A DNA stretch of 64,000 bases from contig JAFVOQ010000047.1 in assembly GCA_017505785.1 (NCBI GenBank), forward strand, positions 16,558 to 80,557. The letters are read 5' to 3'. Made by a program: the position numbers and the translations under genes. The stretch's first letter is position 1, and the number at the start of each line of letters is the position of its first letter. Below are positions 28,639-38,637 of this stretch, one piece after another. Origin of the DNA: Clostridia bacterium. Lineage in GTDB: Bacteria > Bacillota > Clostridia > Oscillospirales > CAG-272. The notes under the pieces were generated by a model, which had not been told where the DNA came from, searched no databases, and saw nothing but the letters and a program-made list of their open reading frames with translations.

Positions 28639-29442
28639 TTACCATTTGCGTTTGGCATTATGATAGGGCGTGCCAATAAAGCCAACCTGTACGAAATCCT
28701 CGGGGTTGTGACGAATGATGTAATCGATATAGGATTCTACCATCAACGCAGTCAGACGGTACCCGCAAGCGTTCATGTGTCCACCTAAATAAAACGACTT
28801 TTTGAACGCCTCATCATAAAGGGGCGCATACTTGCGAAAATCAAGCACATAGCAGTTTGGAAGCATTTTGGAAATCCCCCAAAGAAGCTCAGCGTGCTTA
28901 TCGTAAAGTGCCTGTCTCTCACTACTGCCGCCGTCACGCGGTATGGTCATTAAAAAAAATTTTGCCTTGGGCTGAATGGCTTGATATTTGGCAATGATCG
29001 AGGCATAAAAGCCTGTAAAGGTAGCACGGTTTTTAGCGTGATCGGTGAGATCTATATCAGACAACTCACCAAGCTCCGTTACACCCTCAATGGCGCGCGA
29101 CACATCGTTCACGCCCAAAGCAATGATATAGGCTTGACTTTTATAAGCATCGTCATAAAAGCCATTTTCTCTTGCAAATTTATCGTAAGCCTTTGCGGTC
29201 ATACCGCCCTTTGAAAAGTTATAGACGGTGCACCCCACATCACGGGCAAAAAATTGCCCCCAAGAGTAGTCGTAGTAGTCGTGATAGCCCTTTGCCTCGT
29301 TTTCATAGGACTCGTGCTCGCCTGAGGAAAGGCTGTCTCCAATACAAGCAATTTTGCGAAAAATTCCACAAAAACCGCCGTTTTGCACAATACAGTCAAG
29401 AGGCTGTTCCCCTTCTCTTTTCATAAAGTCATTTAAATTCAT
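28639..29442 (-). CDS. SGNH/GDSL hydrolase family protein
   Basis: Start moved to MNLNDFMK (RBS AAGGAGAA) to avoid overlap with tadA. GDSLSSGE block I and GVNDV block III. Confidence 0.75.
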   Translation of the reverse strand: MNLNDFMKREGEQPLDCIVQNGGFCGIFRKIACIGDSLSSGEHESYENEAKGYHDYYDYSWGQFFARDVGCTVYNFSKGGMTAKAYDKFARENGFYDDAYKSQAYIIALGVNDVSRAIEGVTELGELSDIDLTDHAKNRATFTGFYASIIAKYQAIQPKAKFFLMTIPRDGGSSERQALYDKHAELLWGISKMLPNCYVLDFRKYAPLYDEAFKKSFYLGGHMNACGYRLTALMVESYIDYIIRHNPEDFVQVGFIGTPYHNAKRKW

Positions 29443-29462
29443 ATTTTTCTCCTTAATAGGTC

Positions 29463-29933
29463 CTACCGTTTTCTGCAGCTGCGAAAAAAGTCTTGTAGGA
29501 TAGTGCGACATTCGGCTTCAAGCACGCCTGCCGTAACGGTGGGCGAAGAGCCGAGTGGATAACGTGGCAGATTTATGACGGTGCCCATAGCACCGGCGGT
29601 AGGGTCCTTTGCGCCGTACACAACACGAGAAACGCGCGAAGCAAGGAGTGCCCCTGCACACATAGGACAAGGCTCAAGCGTGACGTACACCGTACAGTCA
29701 CCAAGTCGCCAATCGCCCTTTTGCTTTGCTGCGGCACGCACGGCTATGAGCTCGGCATGGGCGGTGATATCGTGGCAATGCTCCCGTGTATTGTGTGCGG
29801 CAGCAATCACCTTGCCGCCCGACACCACAACGGCACCGATCGGCGTTTCACCCACCTCGGCTGCTTTTTGCGCCTCAGCCAAAGCAAGCTTCATAAACGC
29901 TTCATCGGTTTGAATGTTAAAATCATTTTTCAT
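29463..29933 (-). CDS. tadA: tRNA adenosine(34) deaminase
   Basis: 156 aa. HAELIAV and PCPMCAGA zinc motifs. Confidence 0.92.
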   Translation of the reverse strand: MKNDFNIQTDEAFMKLALAEAQKAAEVGETPIGAVVVSGGKVIAAAHNTREHCHDITAHAELIAVRAAAKQKGDWRLGDCTVYVTLEPCPMCAGALLASRVSRVVYGAKDPTAGAMGTVINLPRYPLGSSPTVTAGVLEAECRTILQDFFRSCRKR

Positions 29934-29934
29934 A

Positions 29935-30942
29935 TTAAAATAGCAACGAAAGCACCAAAAGCAATATCATTTGCGCGGCGCAAAGCGCAAAATATATGAT
30001 CATCGGTACCGAGAAAAACAATCGGATACGGCGCGACAGCGGCACCGGGATCTCTGCATACTCTACATCAGGTGTAAGCTCCCTTTCAAAGGCACCCTCA
30101 TAAAGCACCGCATCGGGATCACGCTTGGCATGAAGGATGAGATAAATTGCACCCGCAATACCAAGTGCAAAAATCACAAGATCGATAGCCAGCACCAAAA
30201 ACGTTGCGTTGCTCTCGGGCAAGCGTTCCCCTATGCCGGTTAAGAGCACGGACAAAAAATTATTACACACATGCATTAAAACACAGCACCAAAGAGAGTT
30301 GGTATGCACATACACATATCCAAAAACCAGCCCTGCAACAGTAGCATATAAAAACTGACCGGGATTTTGATGCATGATGCCAAACAGCAGGGCACTGGCA
30401 AAAACAGCAGTGGTTCTACCGTAAGGCAAAAGATTTTTTAGGATCAAGCCGCGGAACAGCAGCTCCTCAACAAACCCCGGCACGATCGCAAGCGTAAAGA
30501 ACATCAGCACCAGCTCGTAATTGGTGCTTGCTTGGGTATCAAATATGACCTCTTGTGTGAAAACGCTGTAATCAAACACCTCAAGCAGCATTGCATTTAA
30601 ATACCCGGCCGCACGAACAAGTGCGATCCCGGCAAAAATATAAAGCGGTGTTTCGCGCGGCAGGATAAGCTGTGCATCAAGCGGCATATGCCACTCTTTT
30701 TTTGAAATAAGATAATAAAAGAGAACCGGCACGACAAAAGCCACGGCATATAGCACGCCATAAAGAATTTCGTACAACACGGTGCCTGCCGTCTTTGACA
30801 GTTCATCGGTCAACAACGGGACCAACGCGGTCATGATCACGCTGTAAATCTGAAACAAGCCGTAAAAGATAAGCAACGAAAACCCCAGACGGGTGGCGGT
30901 GCTTCGGTACTGCTTTTCCGCCCCTGTTATGCATTGTGCCAT
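29935..30942 (-). CDS. CPBP family intramembrane glutamic endopeptidase (CAAX protease/Abi)
   Basis: 335 aa, polytopic. EELLFRG, FGIMH and HVCNN motifs. Confidence 0.8.
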   Translation of the reverse strand: MAQCITGAEKQYRSTATRLGFSLLIFYGLFQIYSVIMTALVPLLTDELSKTAGTVLYEILYGVLYAVAFVVPVLFYYLISKKEWHMPLDAQLILPRETPLYIFAGIALVRAAGYLNAMLLEVFDYSVFTQEVIFDTQASTNYELVLMFFTLAIVPGFVEELLFRGLILKNLLPYGRTTAVFASALLFGIMHQNPGQFLYATVAGLVFGYVYVHTNSLWCCVLMHVCNNFLSVLLTGIGERLPESNATFLVLAIDLVIFALGIAGAIYLILHAKRDPDAVLYEGAFERELTPDVEYAEIPVPLSRRIRLFFSVPMIIYFALCAAQMILLLVLSLLF

Positions 30943-31120
30943 GCGATCCCCTCCCTTCGCTACCGTTTGTATTAGCTTTTAGAATCACTCTTTATATTTT
31001 ACACCTTTGAGCGTTGTATGTCAAGCACCCTGATGTAACAGATCAGAGGTTGAAAAACGGCGCAAAGACATAGGTAATATCATTATTCAATATATACAAC
31101 CGTTAAAATACGTCATGTCA

Positions 31121-31163
31121 AAAAAAAATGTCCCACGCGAGCTTGTCGCGTGGGACATTTTTT
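31121..31163. terminator. Terminator after the MalK/MsmX-type ATPase gene
   Basis: A9-AUGUCCCACGCGA-GCUU-(G)UCGCGUGGGACAU-U6. Confidence 0.85.
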
Positions 31164-31183
31164 AAGCGCAATGCTTTATTTTA

Positions 31184-32347
31184 TTAGTGAACGATGCAAC
31201 GCTCGGTATCCTTGTCAAAGATATGTACACGGGATACGTCAATTGCAACCTGGATCTTGTCGCCCGCGCGGCTGGTGGAGCGAGAAGATACACGTGCGGT
31301 GATTTTGGTGGGCTCTTTGGGCATGAACTTGTTAGAGCCATCCTCTACCACCTTATCAAAGCTGTTGAGGTAGAGATAGATCTCTGCACCCATAAGCTCG
31401 GTTACGTCAACGTCTACATCAATGCAGCTCTCAGGGAACATGCCAAGGTGGCTGGGATCGTCGTGCACGCACTCGGGACGAACGCCTGCAACAACCTCTT
31501 TGCCAATGTATGCATCAAGCTCGCCCTCTGCATTTTTCTCTGCAGGAAGCTTCAGAGAGTTGCCGTCAAAGTTGAAGTAAATATCCTTAGTACCCTTAGG
31601 CTGGGACAGTGTGCCGTTGATGAAGTTCATCTGAGGAGTGCCGATAAAGCCTGCTACGAAGATGTTGCAGGGCAGATCGTAAAGGTGCTGAGGAGTATCT
31701 ACCTGCTGGATAAGACCGTCCTTCATAACAACGATACGGGTAGCCATGGTCATAGCCTCTACCTGGTCGTGCGTTACGTAGATGAAGGTGGTACCAACGC
31801 TCTTGTGGAGCTTGGTCAGCTCGGTTCTCATCGTTGCACGAAGCTTTGCGTCAAGGTTGGAAAGCGGCTCGTCAAGAAGGAATACCGCAGGGTTACGCAC
31901 GATTGCACGACCCAGAGCTACACGCTGCTTCTGACCACCGGAAAGAGCCTTGGGCTTACGGTCAAGAAGGTGAGTAATATCAAGGATACGGGCAGCCTCC
32001 TCAACGCGGCGCTTGATCTCCTCCTTGGGAGTTTTGTTCAGCTTCAAGCCAAACGCCATGTTGTCGAACACGGTCATGTGGGGGTAAAGTGCGTAGTTCT
32101 GGAACACCATCGCGATCTTACGATCCTTAGGAGCTACATCGTTTACCAAACGGTCGCCGATGAAAAGCTCACCCTCGGTGATCTCCTCAAGGCCTGCGAT
32201 CATACGAAGGGTAGTAGTTTTACCACAACCGGAGGGACCGACGAATACGATAAATTCTTTGTCTCTGATCTCAAGGTTGAAATCGGACACTGCGGTTACG
32301 CCACCGGCATACTTTTTGTAAATGTGTCTCAGGGATAAGCTTGCCAT
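31184..32347 (-). CDS. Sugar ABC transporter ATP-binding protein, MalK/MsmX/UgpC family, stand-alone
   Basis: 387 aa. [23 protein letters not shown] and a C-terminal TOBE-like domain. No permease or binding protein adjacent. Confidence 0.9.
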   Translation of the reverse strand: MASLSLRHIYKKYAGGVTAVSDFNLEIRDKEFIVFVGPSGCGKTTTLRMIAGLEEITEGELFIGDRLVNDVAPKDRKIAMVFQNYALYPHMTVFDNMAFGLKLNKTPKEEIKRRVEEAARILDITHLLDRKPKALSGGQKQRVALGRAIVRNPAVFLLDEPLSNLDAKLRATMRTELTKLHKSVGTTFIYVTHDQVEAMTMATRIVVMKDGLIQQVDTPQHLYDLPCNIFVAGFIGTPQMNFINGTLSQPKGTKDIYFNFDGNSLKLPAEKNAEGELDAYIGKEVVAGVRPECVHDDPSHLGMFPESCIDVDVDVTELMGAEIYLYLNSFDKVVEDGSNKFMPKEPTKITARVSSRSTSRAGDKIQVAIDVSRVHIFDKDTERCIVH

Positions 32348-32622
32348 TGTAAATCCTCCTTGTTCGGGGGCGACAACCGCCCCAAACGTATATTTCTAAC
32401 GATATTATTATAACAAATTTCCTGCAAAATGGGAAGATGGCAAAACTACAAAAAATTTTTGCCATGTTTGGGCAAGATGCACAACCTTGCGTTTGATCTC
32501 TTCACACATTGCTCACTTAAAACAAAACTTCAAATGTTTTTCGTTCATTTATGAACAAACGGGTTCGAAAAACATAAAAATCGACAGATATTATGAAAAC
32601 TCCGCAGAAAAAGCCGTTGAGC

Positions 32623-34782
32623 TTAGCCCTCGTTCTTCACCGTTTTCATAGAAAGCGCAATGCGTTTTTTTGCCACGTCTACCGAAAGCACACGCACACG
32701 CACGATATCACCTACCGAAACCACGTCACGGGGGTGTTTAACAAATTTATCGGAGAGTTCGGAGATATGCACAAGACCGTCTTGGTGCACGCCGATATCC
32801 ACAAATGCACCAAAATCGATCACGTTACGCACCGTGCCCGTCAAAACCTGCCCGGGCTTAAGATCGGTCATTTCCAGCACGTCCTCGGAAAGCAGAGGCG
32901 GCGCAAAATCGTCACGCAGGTCGCGCCCCGGCTTTTCAAGCTCAGCGGCAATATCAATAAGAGTAGGCTCGCCAATGCCAAGCTCGGCGGCAATTTTGGC
33001 GGCACCCTGCTTTGCTACCTGAGCAGAAATACCCGTCAGCTTTCCTGCGCGCACATCCTCCTCGGTGTAGCTGAAGCGTTTTAACAATGCATGTGCCGCC
33101 GCATAGCTCTCGGGGTGCACACCTGTATTGTCCATAACCTCCGCGGAGCCGGGCACGCGCAAAAAGCCTGCACACTGCTCGTATGCCTTAGCACCGATGC
33201 GCGGCACCTTTAGCACCTCCGCACGGGTGCGAAATTCACCGTTTTCCTCACGGTATTTTACAATGTTTTTTGCACTCACAGCGTTGACACCCGAAATGTA
33301 GGAAAGCAAGGAGTGCGATGCCGTGTTAAGATCCACGCCCACGCGGTTTACGCAATCCTCTACCACGCCCGACAGAGCCTCGTCAAGCCTTGCGGGCTTC
33401 ATATCATGCTGATACTGCCCAACACCGATCGCCTTCGGGTCGATCTTCACAAGCTCAGCAAGCGGATCCTGCAGGCGACGCGCGATCGAAACCGCAGAAC
33501 GCTGCATTACGTCAAACTCGGGAAATTCATCTGCCGCGAGCTTAGATGCGGAGTATACCGAAGCCCCCGCCTCACTCACGATAATATACTTAGTCTTGAC
33601 GTTCATTTCGCGCAAGATCGAGGCAACAAATTTCTCGCTCTCACGCGATGCGGTACCGTTGCCGATCGCAACAACGTCAACCCCCCATTTGGTAATGAGG
33701 CGCTTCATAATATCCTTTGCCTGATTCTCGCGGTGCAAGTAGATCACCGCCGTATCCAGCACCTTGCCCGTCTTATCACACACCGCAAGCTTACAGCCGT
33801 GTGCATAGCCGGGGTCAAAGCCGAGCACAGTCTTGCCCTTAATGGGTGCCTGCATCAAAAGATGCTGCAGGTTATCGGAAAAGAGGACGATTGCGCCCTC
33901 ACTGGCAGCATCAAACAGATCGTTTCGGATCTCACGCTCAACGGAAGGTGCGATCAAACGCTCATAGCTGTCGGTAACGGCAGCACTGACATATTTTTTA
34001 GCGGGGCTTTCCCCTGCCTTGACCACCAAGCTAAACAGATAATTCAGCACAATATCGGTAGGAACGGTGACGCTAACCTTAAGAAACTCCTCCTTTTCAC
34101 CGCGATTGATTGCAAGCACACGGTGGCCGGGGATCTTTTTCACGGGTTCGCTGTGATCGTAATACTGCTCGTAAACCGAGGGCTCGTCCTTCGCCTTTTT
34201 GGTTTCGATCAAGCCGTGCGCCACGGTAAGCGCACGAATGCCCTTACGGTAGTCGGCATGATCAGAGATCTCCTCGGCAATAATATCCATAGCACCCGCA
34301 AACGCAGCCTCGGGCGTGGCAACGCCCTTTTCCTCATCCACCAGCGATGCGGCAAGCTCGTCAAGCGTTGGCGTGTAGCTCTTTTCCTGTGCGAGCAACG
34401 CCTCGGCAAGAGGCTCAAGTCCGCGCTCGCGCGCCACAGAGGCACGTGTTTTGCGCTTGGGGCGGAAGGGTCTGTAAATATCGTCAATTTCGGTAATGGT
34501 GACGGCATTGTCGATCGCGCGCTCGATCTCGGGCGTAAGCTTTTCCTGCGCGGCAATGAGATTTTTCACCTCCACGCGGCGTGCCTCAATATTACGCAAA
34601 TACTTCAATCGCTCCTCAAGCTTGCGAAGCTGTGTGTCGTCAAGCGAGCCCGTGACCTCCTTGCGGTAACGGGAAATAAACGGAATGGTATTTCCCTCAT
34701 CCATAAGCGCCACGGTTTTTTCAACCTGCTCGCTTGTGAGAGAAAGCTCCTTTGCCAGAATTTCAAAAATGTTTTGAGCCAT
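32623..34782 (-). CDS. tex: Tex-like RNA-binding transcription accessory protein (YqgF/HhH/S1 domains)
   Basis: Start moved to MAQNIFEILAKEL (RBS GAAAGGAAG). C-terminal S1 domain GQVLTGTVRNVIDFGAFVDIG. Confidence 0.9.
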   Translation of the reverse strand: MAQNIFEILAKELSLTSEQVEKTVALMDEGNTIPFISRYRKEVTGSLDDTQLRKLEERLKYLRNIEARRVEVKNLIAAQEKLTPEIERAIDNAVTITEIDDIYRPFRPKRKTRASVARERGLEPLAEALLAQEKSYTPTLDELAASLVDEEKGVATPEAAFAGAMDIIAEEISDHADYRKGIRALTVAHGLIETKKAKDEPSVYEQYYDHSEPVKKIPGHRVLAINRGEKEEFLKVSVTVPTDIVLNYLFSLVVKAGESPAKKYVSAAVTDSYERLIAPSVEREIRNDLFDAASEGAIVLFSDNLQHLLMQAPIKGKTVLGFDPGYAHGCKLAVCDKTGKVLDTAVIYLHRENQAKDIMKRLITKWGVDVVAIGNGTASRESEKFVASILREMNVKTKYIIVSEAGASVYSASKLAADEFPEFDVMQRSAVSIARRLQDPLAELVKIDPKAIGVGQYQHDMKPARLDEALSGVVEDCVNRVGVDLNTASHSLLSYISGVNAVSAKNIVKYREENGEFRTRAEVLKVPRIGAKAYEQCAGFLRVPGSAEVMDNTGVHPESYAAAHALLKRFSYTEEDVRAGKLTGISAQVAKQGAAKIAAELGIGEPTLIDIAAELEKPGRDLRDDFAPPLLSEDVLEMTDLKPGQVLTGTVRNVIDFGAFVDIGVHQDGLVHISELSDKFVKHPRDVVSVGDIVRVRVLSVDVAKKRIALSMKTVKNEG

Positions 34783-34808
34783 TTTCATCTTCCTTTCATA
34801 GGGACAAG

Positions 34809-35519
34809 TTATTTTGCGGCTTCGCGAAGGGCGTTTTCCTCCTCTTGCGTCAGCTCGCGCCATGCACCGCGTGCGAGCTCCGAGGGCAAGCTAAGAGGCC
34901 CAAAGGATATACGCTCAAGGTGCGTGATTTGATTGTGCAGAGCAAGCATCATGCGCTTGATCTGGTGATATTTTCCCTCGATCAGCGTGATAACGCCCGA
35001 TGTCATATCAGAGGAAAGTGCGATATCTGCAGGCTTGGTTTCATATCCGTCCTCCAGCACCAAGCCCTCTCGAAAGCGTGCACATTCCGCTTCGGTCAAG
35101 GGAAATTTCACACGGAAGTAATAGCGCTTGGTGACGTGTCGGCGGGGCGAGAGCAGACGGTGCGCGAGATCTCCGTCGTCAGTCAGCAACATCAGCCCCA
35201 AAGTGTTTTTATCGAGCCTGCCGCAGGGAAAGAGCCCCAAAGCAGTATACTTGGGCGGCAACAGCTCCAGCACGGTGGGATCCTTGCCGTCCTCCGTAGC
35301 ACTGACATAACCAATAGGCTTGTTTAAAATAATGTAGTGATGCGTGCGGTACATAACCGCCCTACCGCAATACTCCACCGCATCCCGTTCGGGGTCAATA
35401 TGCACTGCAGCACTTTTGGCGGGCACGCCGTTCACCAGCACCGCGCCTGCACGCACGGCACGTGCCGCCTCGCTGCGCGTAGCCGTAGCGGTAACTGTTA
35501 AAAGCTTATCTAAACGCAC
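34809..35519 (-). CDS. Pseudouridine synthase, RsuA/RluB family (S4 domain plus catalytic domain)
   Basis: 236 aa. MRLDKLL S4 N-terminus and GRLDKNTLGLMLLT catalytic Asp motif. Confidence 0.85.
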   Translation of the reverse strand: MRLDKLLTVTATATRSEAARAVRAGAVLVNGVPAKSAAVHIDPERDAVEYCGRAVMYRTHHYIILNKPIGYVSATEDGKDPTVLELLPPKYTALGLFPCGRLDKNTLGLMLLTDDGDLAHRLLSPRRHVTKRYYFRVKFPLTEAECARFREGLVLEDGYETKPADIALSSDMTSGVITLIEGKYHQIKRMMLALHNQITHLERISFGPLSLPSELARGAWRELTQEEENALREAAK

Positions 35520-35633
35520 GAAATCCCCCCTTTTTATTTTTCCAAAAGCACGTTTTATTTTACCATATTTTTTCCTGTTTGTAAAGAGAAAAATTTACAC
35601 CTGCCACACGCGACCTTCACAGTGCAAAAGCAG

Positions 35634-35676
35634 AACCGCATGAGCACCCTCACCGAGGATCTCTCATGCGGTTTTA
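35634..35676 (-). terminator. Probable terminator after the MgtC pair
   Basis: AACCGCAUGAG-18 nt-CUCAUGCGGUU. The U-tract on the minus strand is weak (UCUGCUUUUGC). Confidence 0.5.
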
Positions 35677-35696
35677 TTGATTGTTTTTATTAAATA

Positions 35697-36401
35697 TTAC
35701 AGCTCCTCAACCGAAACAACACCCTCAACGCCGGCAAGTGCCGTCATCAGCTTATCGTGTGAAAGCTTGCGCGGCAGATCCAGCGAGAAAATAGCGCAGG
35801 GGTTTTGCGATGCGGCGCCCGATTTGGTGATCTGCAGGTCGGTTACGCCAACCCTGTGTGTGCGCAAGCACTCGGTCATAAGTACAAGGCTTTGATTTTC
35901 CTTATATTCGATGTAAAGATTGATATTACGGGATGTTGACATGATAAAATACTCAAGGCGTGAAAGCACGAGCTCAATAACAAGGATCAAAAACGTTGCA
36001 ATCAAGGCCGCCTCAAAGTATCCCGCGCCGATAGCAAGACCCACGATTGCCGAAACGAAAAGACCGGCTGCGGTGGTAAGGCCCTTGACCTGGCGACGCT
36101 TGGTAACGATGATCGTTCCTGCACCGATAAAGCCCATGCCGGCAATGACCTGTGCACCAAGACGGGCAAGGTCGGTAAACCAGTTCATTTCAAGATACAG
36201 ATACTGGCTGGTAAGTGTGGTGAGCGAGGCACCAAGACAAATGAGGATATGGGTACGAAAGCCTGCGGGACGGCGCTTATATTCACGCTCAATACCAACG
36301 ATGCCGCCGCATATAACGGCAAGAACCATGCGAAACACCGCGCCCCACATATGAAACCCGTCCGCAAAGCGGAGATAATCTAACAATTCAGACATATTCA
36401 T
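35697..36401 (-). CDS. MgtC/SapB family membrane protein (paralog 2)
   Basis: 234 aa. GIEREYKRRPAGFRTH and a C-terminal ACT-like soluble domain. Confidence 0.85.
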   Translation of the reverse strand: MNMSELLDYLRFADGFHMWGAVFRMVLAVICGGIVGIEREYKRRPAGFRTHILICLGASLTTLTSQYLYLEMNWFTDLARLGAQVIAGMGFIGAGTIIVTKRRQVKGLTTAAGLFVSAIVGLAIGAGYFEAALIATFLILVIELVLSRLEYFIMSTSRNINLYIEYKENQSLVLMTECLRTHRVGVTDLQITKSGAASQNPCAIFSLDLPRKLSHDKLMTALAGVEGVVSVEEL

Positions 36402-36406
36402 CCTCC

Positions 36407-37177
36407 TTACAGCTCTTCGATCGCGCGCACATTTTCCACACCCGCGATCATAGACATTGCGGTAGCGTGGGACATGCGCTTAGGCAAACGAATGGAAAAC
36501 ACGGCGCTTTGGTTGGCACCCGCTTCCTTGTTCTTGTGAATCTCCACATCGAAAATACGGATATCCTGTGCCTTAATTGCACTGATCACCGCACCGACAT
36601 CATCCACGTGTGCAAATTCTATGTGAAGATTGATGTTGCGCGCACGAGTTAAAATACGGCGCTCCAAATGATTAAACACTGTAATAGTTGCAATGATAAG
36701 AAGACAGCCGACAAAGGCACCCTCTACAAAGCCCGCACCGATTGCAAGCCCCATGCACGCGGAAGCCCAAAGGCCTGCCGCAGTGGTCAATCCCTTGACC
36801 TGTTGACGGCCCGTGACGATCACGGTGCCCGCACCAAGGAAACCGATACCGTTGATGACCTGTGCGCCAAAACGTGACACGTCGGTGTATTTGTTTCCGC
36901 CCCCCTGTATTACCACAAGGGCATCCCAATATTCTGTAACCATCATGGTGAGGTACTGGCTGATGATCATGGCAAGTGCTGCCGCAAGGCAGACAAGCAT
37001 GTGCGTGCGAAAGCCCGCAGGACGGCGCTTTTTGCCACGCTCAAGGCCAACACAGCCGCCGCAAAAGGCTGCGACCGACAAACGCAGAAGTGCCACCCAA
37101 AGGGCGTTATCTGACGTAATGGTTCTTAAGGGATCTAAAAAACCAAGCATACATATTCTCCCTTCTTCACACATCAT
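36407..37177 (-). CDS. MgtC/SapB family membrane protein (paralog 1)
   Basis: 256 aa. GLERGKKRRPAGFRTH. ATGA overlap with the htrA-like stop. Confidence 0.85.
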   Translation of the reverse strand: MMCEEGRICMLGFLDPLRTITSDNALWVALLRLSVAAFCGGCVGLERGKKRRPAGFRTHMLVCLAAALAMIISQYLTMMVTEYWDALVVIQGGGNKYTDVSRFGAQVINGIGFLGAGTVIVTGRQQVKGLTTAAGLWASACMGLAIGAGFVEGAFVGCLLIIATITVFNHLERRILTRARNINLHIEFAHVDDVGAVISAIKAQDIRIFDVEIHKNKEAGANQSAVFSIRLPKRMSHATAMSMIAGVENVRAIEEL

Positions 37178-38574
37178 TCCGAAAGTAAAACGATGTCAAT
37201 GTTTAATTCTCTGTACTCCGCACCGTCAGGGCGCTTTACCGTAAGGGTAACGGTTTGATTGGCAGGAAAACGGTTTACCTGATTGATGATGTCATACACT
37301 GTGTACATATTTAAACCGTTGATCTTTGTAATGACGTCGCCCTGCTGCAGCTTTTCCACAGCGTTTGCACCGCTGACATTGATGACATACACGCCGTCAT
37401 AGGGCATATAGGTATAGCCCGCCTTTTCGGTTTCGGATTGCGAAACGCTGTCAGCCGTAAGGTCGGAATACCAATACCCACCTACAACGCCCCTGCCGGT
37501 CACACCAAGCAGCGACCTGCCTGTGGCTATGGGATTCTCACCCTCAAATTTACCGTTTGCAATGATCGCATCGATCACGATCCTTGCACCGTCAATGGGG
37601 ATAGCAAAGCCAATGCCGTCAAAAACAGTCCCACCGAAATAAGAAACCTTCATCACCACAACACCGATCACCTCGCCATACATATTGGCAAGGGGACCAC
37701 CCGAATTGCCGGGGTTTACGCTGGCATCGGTTTGCAGCACGGTCATTTTCTTATTTACCACGCCACTGTCATCCGTCAAGGCAACAATACGGTTGGTGGC
37801 GGAAATTTTTCCAAAGGTTGCAGTGCCTGCGTAATCCAGCTTTGCGGGCGTGCCAACGGCAACCACGCTCTCGCCGACAAGCGCTGTGGCAGATCTGCCG
37901 ATTTTAACGGGGGAAAGCCCCGTTTTATTGATCTTGAGCACCGCAAGGTCTGCCATTTCATCCGTACCCACGACCGTAGCGTCTACCGCCTCACCGTCAG
38001 GCAAAATAACCTGCACGGTAACAGCGTTTTCCACCACGTGATGATTGGTACAAATGTAGCCGTCTGCAGTATAAATAAAACCGGACCCGATCGCCGTGCC
38101 TGTTTGCGTGCGAACGGAAACGGTTACCGTAGATTTTTTGATCACATCCGCCGCCTGCTCCGGCGCAAGCAAGCCGCTGTCACCGTTGTCATATTCCTTC
38201 ACAAAAACAGTGCGCTCGTTTGTCAGCGTGCGGTAGATCTTTATGCCGGTATCACCAAGAAACAGCGTAACAACAAGCAACGCCATGCAGATCGCGATCA
38301 CTGCGCCGAATACGCCAAAAAACCGTTTTCCCTCTTTCTTGCCGGGCTGTGCGGCGGGAGCGCGTGATGCGGTAGCACCGAATTTCCAATCAAGCGATAT
38401 CTCGGGCTCTGCATCCTCACCCTGCGGCACCTGCTCACAGCTTTCCTCCAGCTCGACCTCGAGCTGTGTTGGCTCTTGGGGCAGTGCCTCGCTTATATCT
38501 GTATCAATATCATGAAATGAGGCTGTGCCTTCATTTGACTCCTGTGCCTCAGGCAATATATCCTTTTCTTCCAT
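37174..38574 (-). CDS. Membrane-anchored trypsin-like serine protease with PDZ domain (HtrA/DegP family)
   Basis: 466 aa. Acidic N-terminus, one TM helix, then TNHHV, GNSGGPL and a C-terminal PDZ domain. Confidence 0.88.
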   Translation of the reverse strand: MEEKDILPEAQESNEGTASFHDIDTDISEALPQEPTQLEVELEESCEQVPQGEDAEPEISLDWKFGATASRAPAAQPGKKEGKRFFGVFGAVIAICMALLVVTLFLGDTGIKIYRTLTNERTVFVKEYDNGDSGLLAPEQAADVIKKSTVTVSVRTQTGTAIGSGFIYTADGYICTNHHVVENAVTVQVILPDGEAVDATVVGTDEMADLAVLKINKTGLSPVKIGRSATALVGESVVAVGTPAKLDYAGTATFGKISATNRIVALTDDSGVVNKKMTVLQTDASVNPGNSGGPLANMYGEVIGVVVMKVSYFGGTVFDGIGFAIPIDGARIVIDAIIANGKFEGENPIATGRSLLGVTGRGVVGGYWYSDLTADSVSQSETEKAGYTYMPYDGVYVINVSGANAVEKLQQGDVITKINGLNMYTVYDIINQVNRFPANQTVTLTVKRPDGAEYRELNIDIVLLSE

Positions 38575-38637
38575 AAAGCTCCTTTCCGCAATGACACGGC
38601 AGTAACAGTCTAACAGACATTCATTGGAGTCTATTGC

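Noticed and set aside
31187-32338. Other long antisense ORFs: 31187-32338, 33313-34932, 24774-25814, 26103-27002, 26990-27970, 46060-47151, 52744-53901, 57203-58300, 15236-16189, 13055-13738, 37438-38367.
   Set aside because: Same reasoning as above. Each mirrors a confidently assigned gene on the other strand and has no motif content, RBS or start context.
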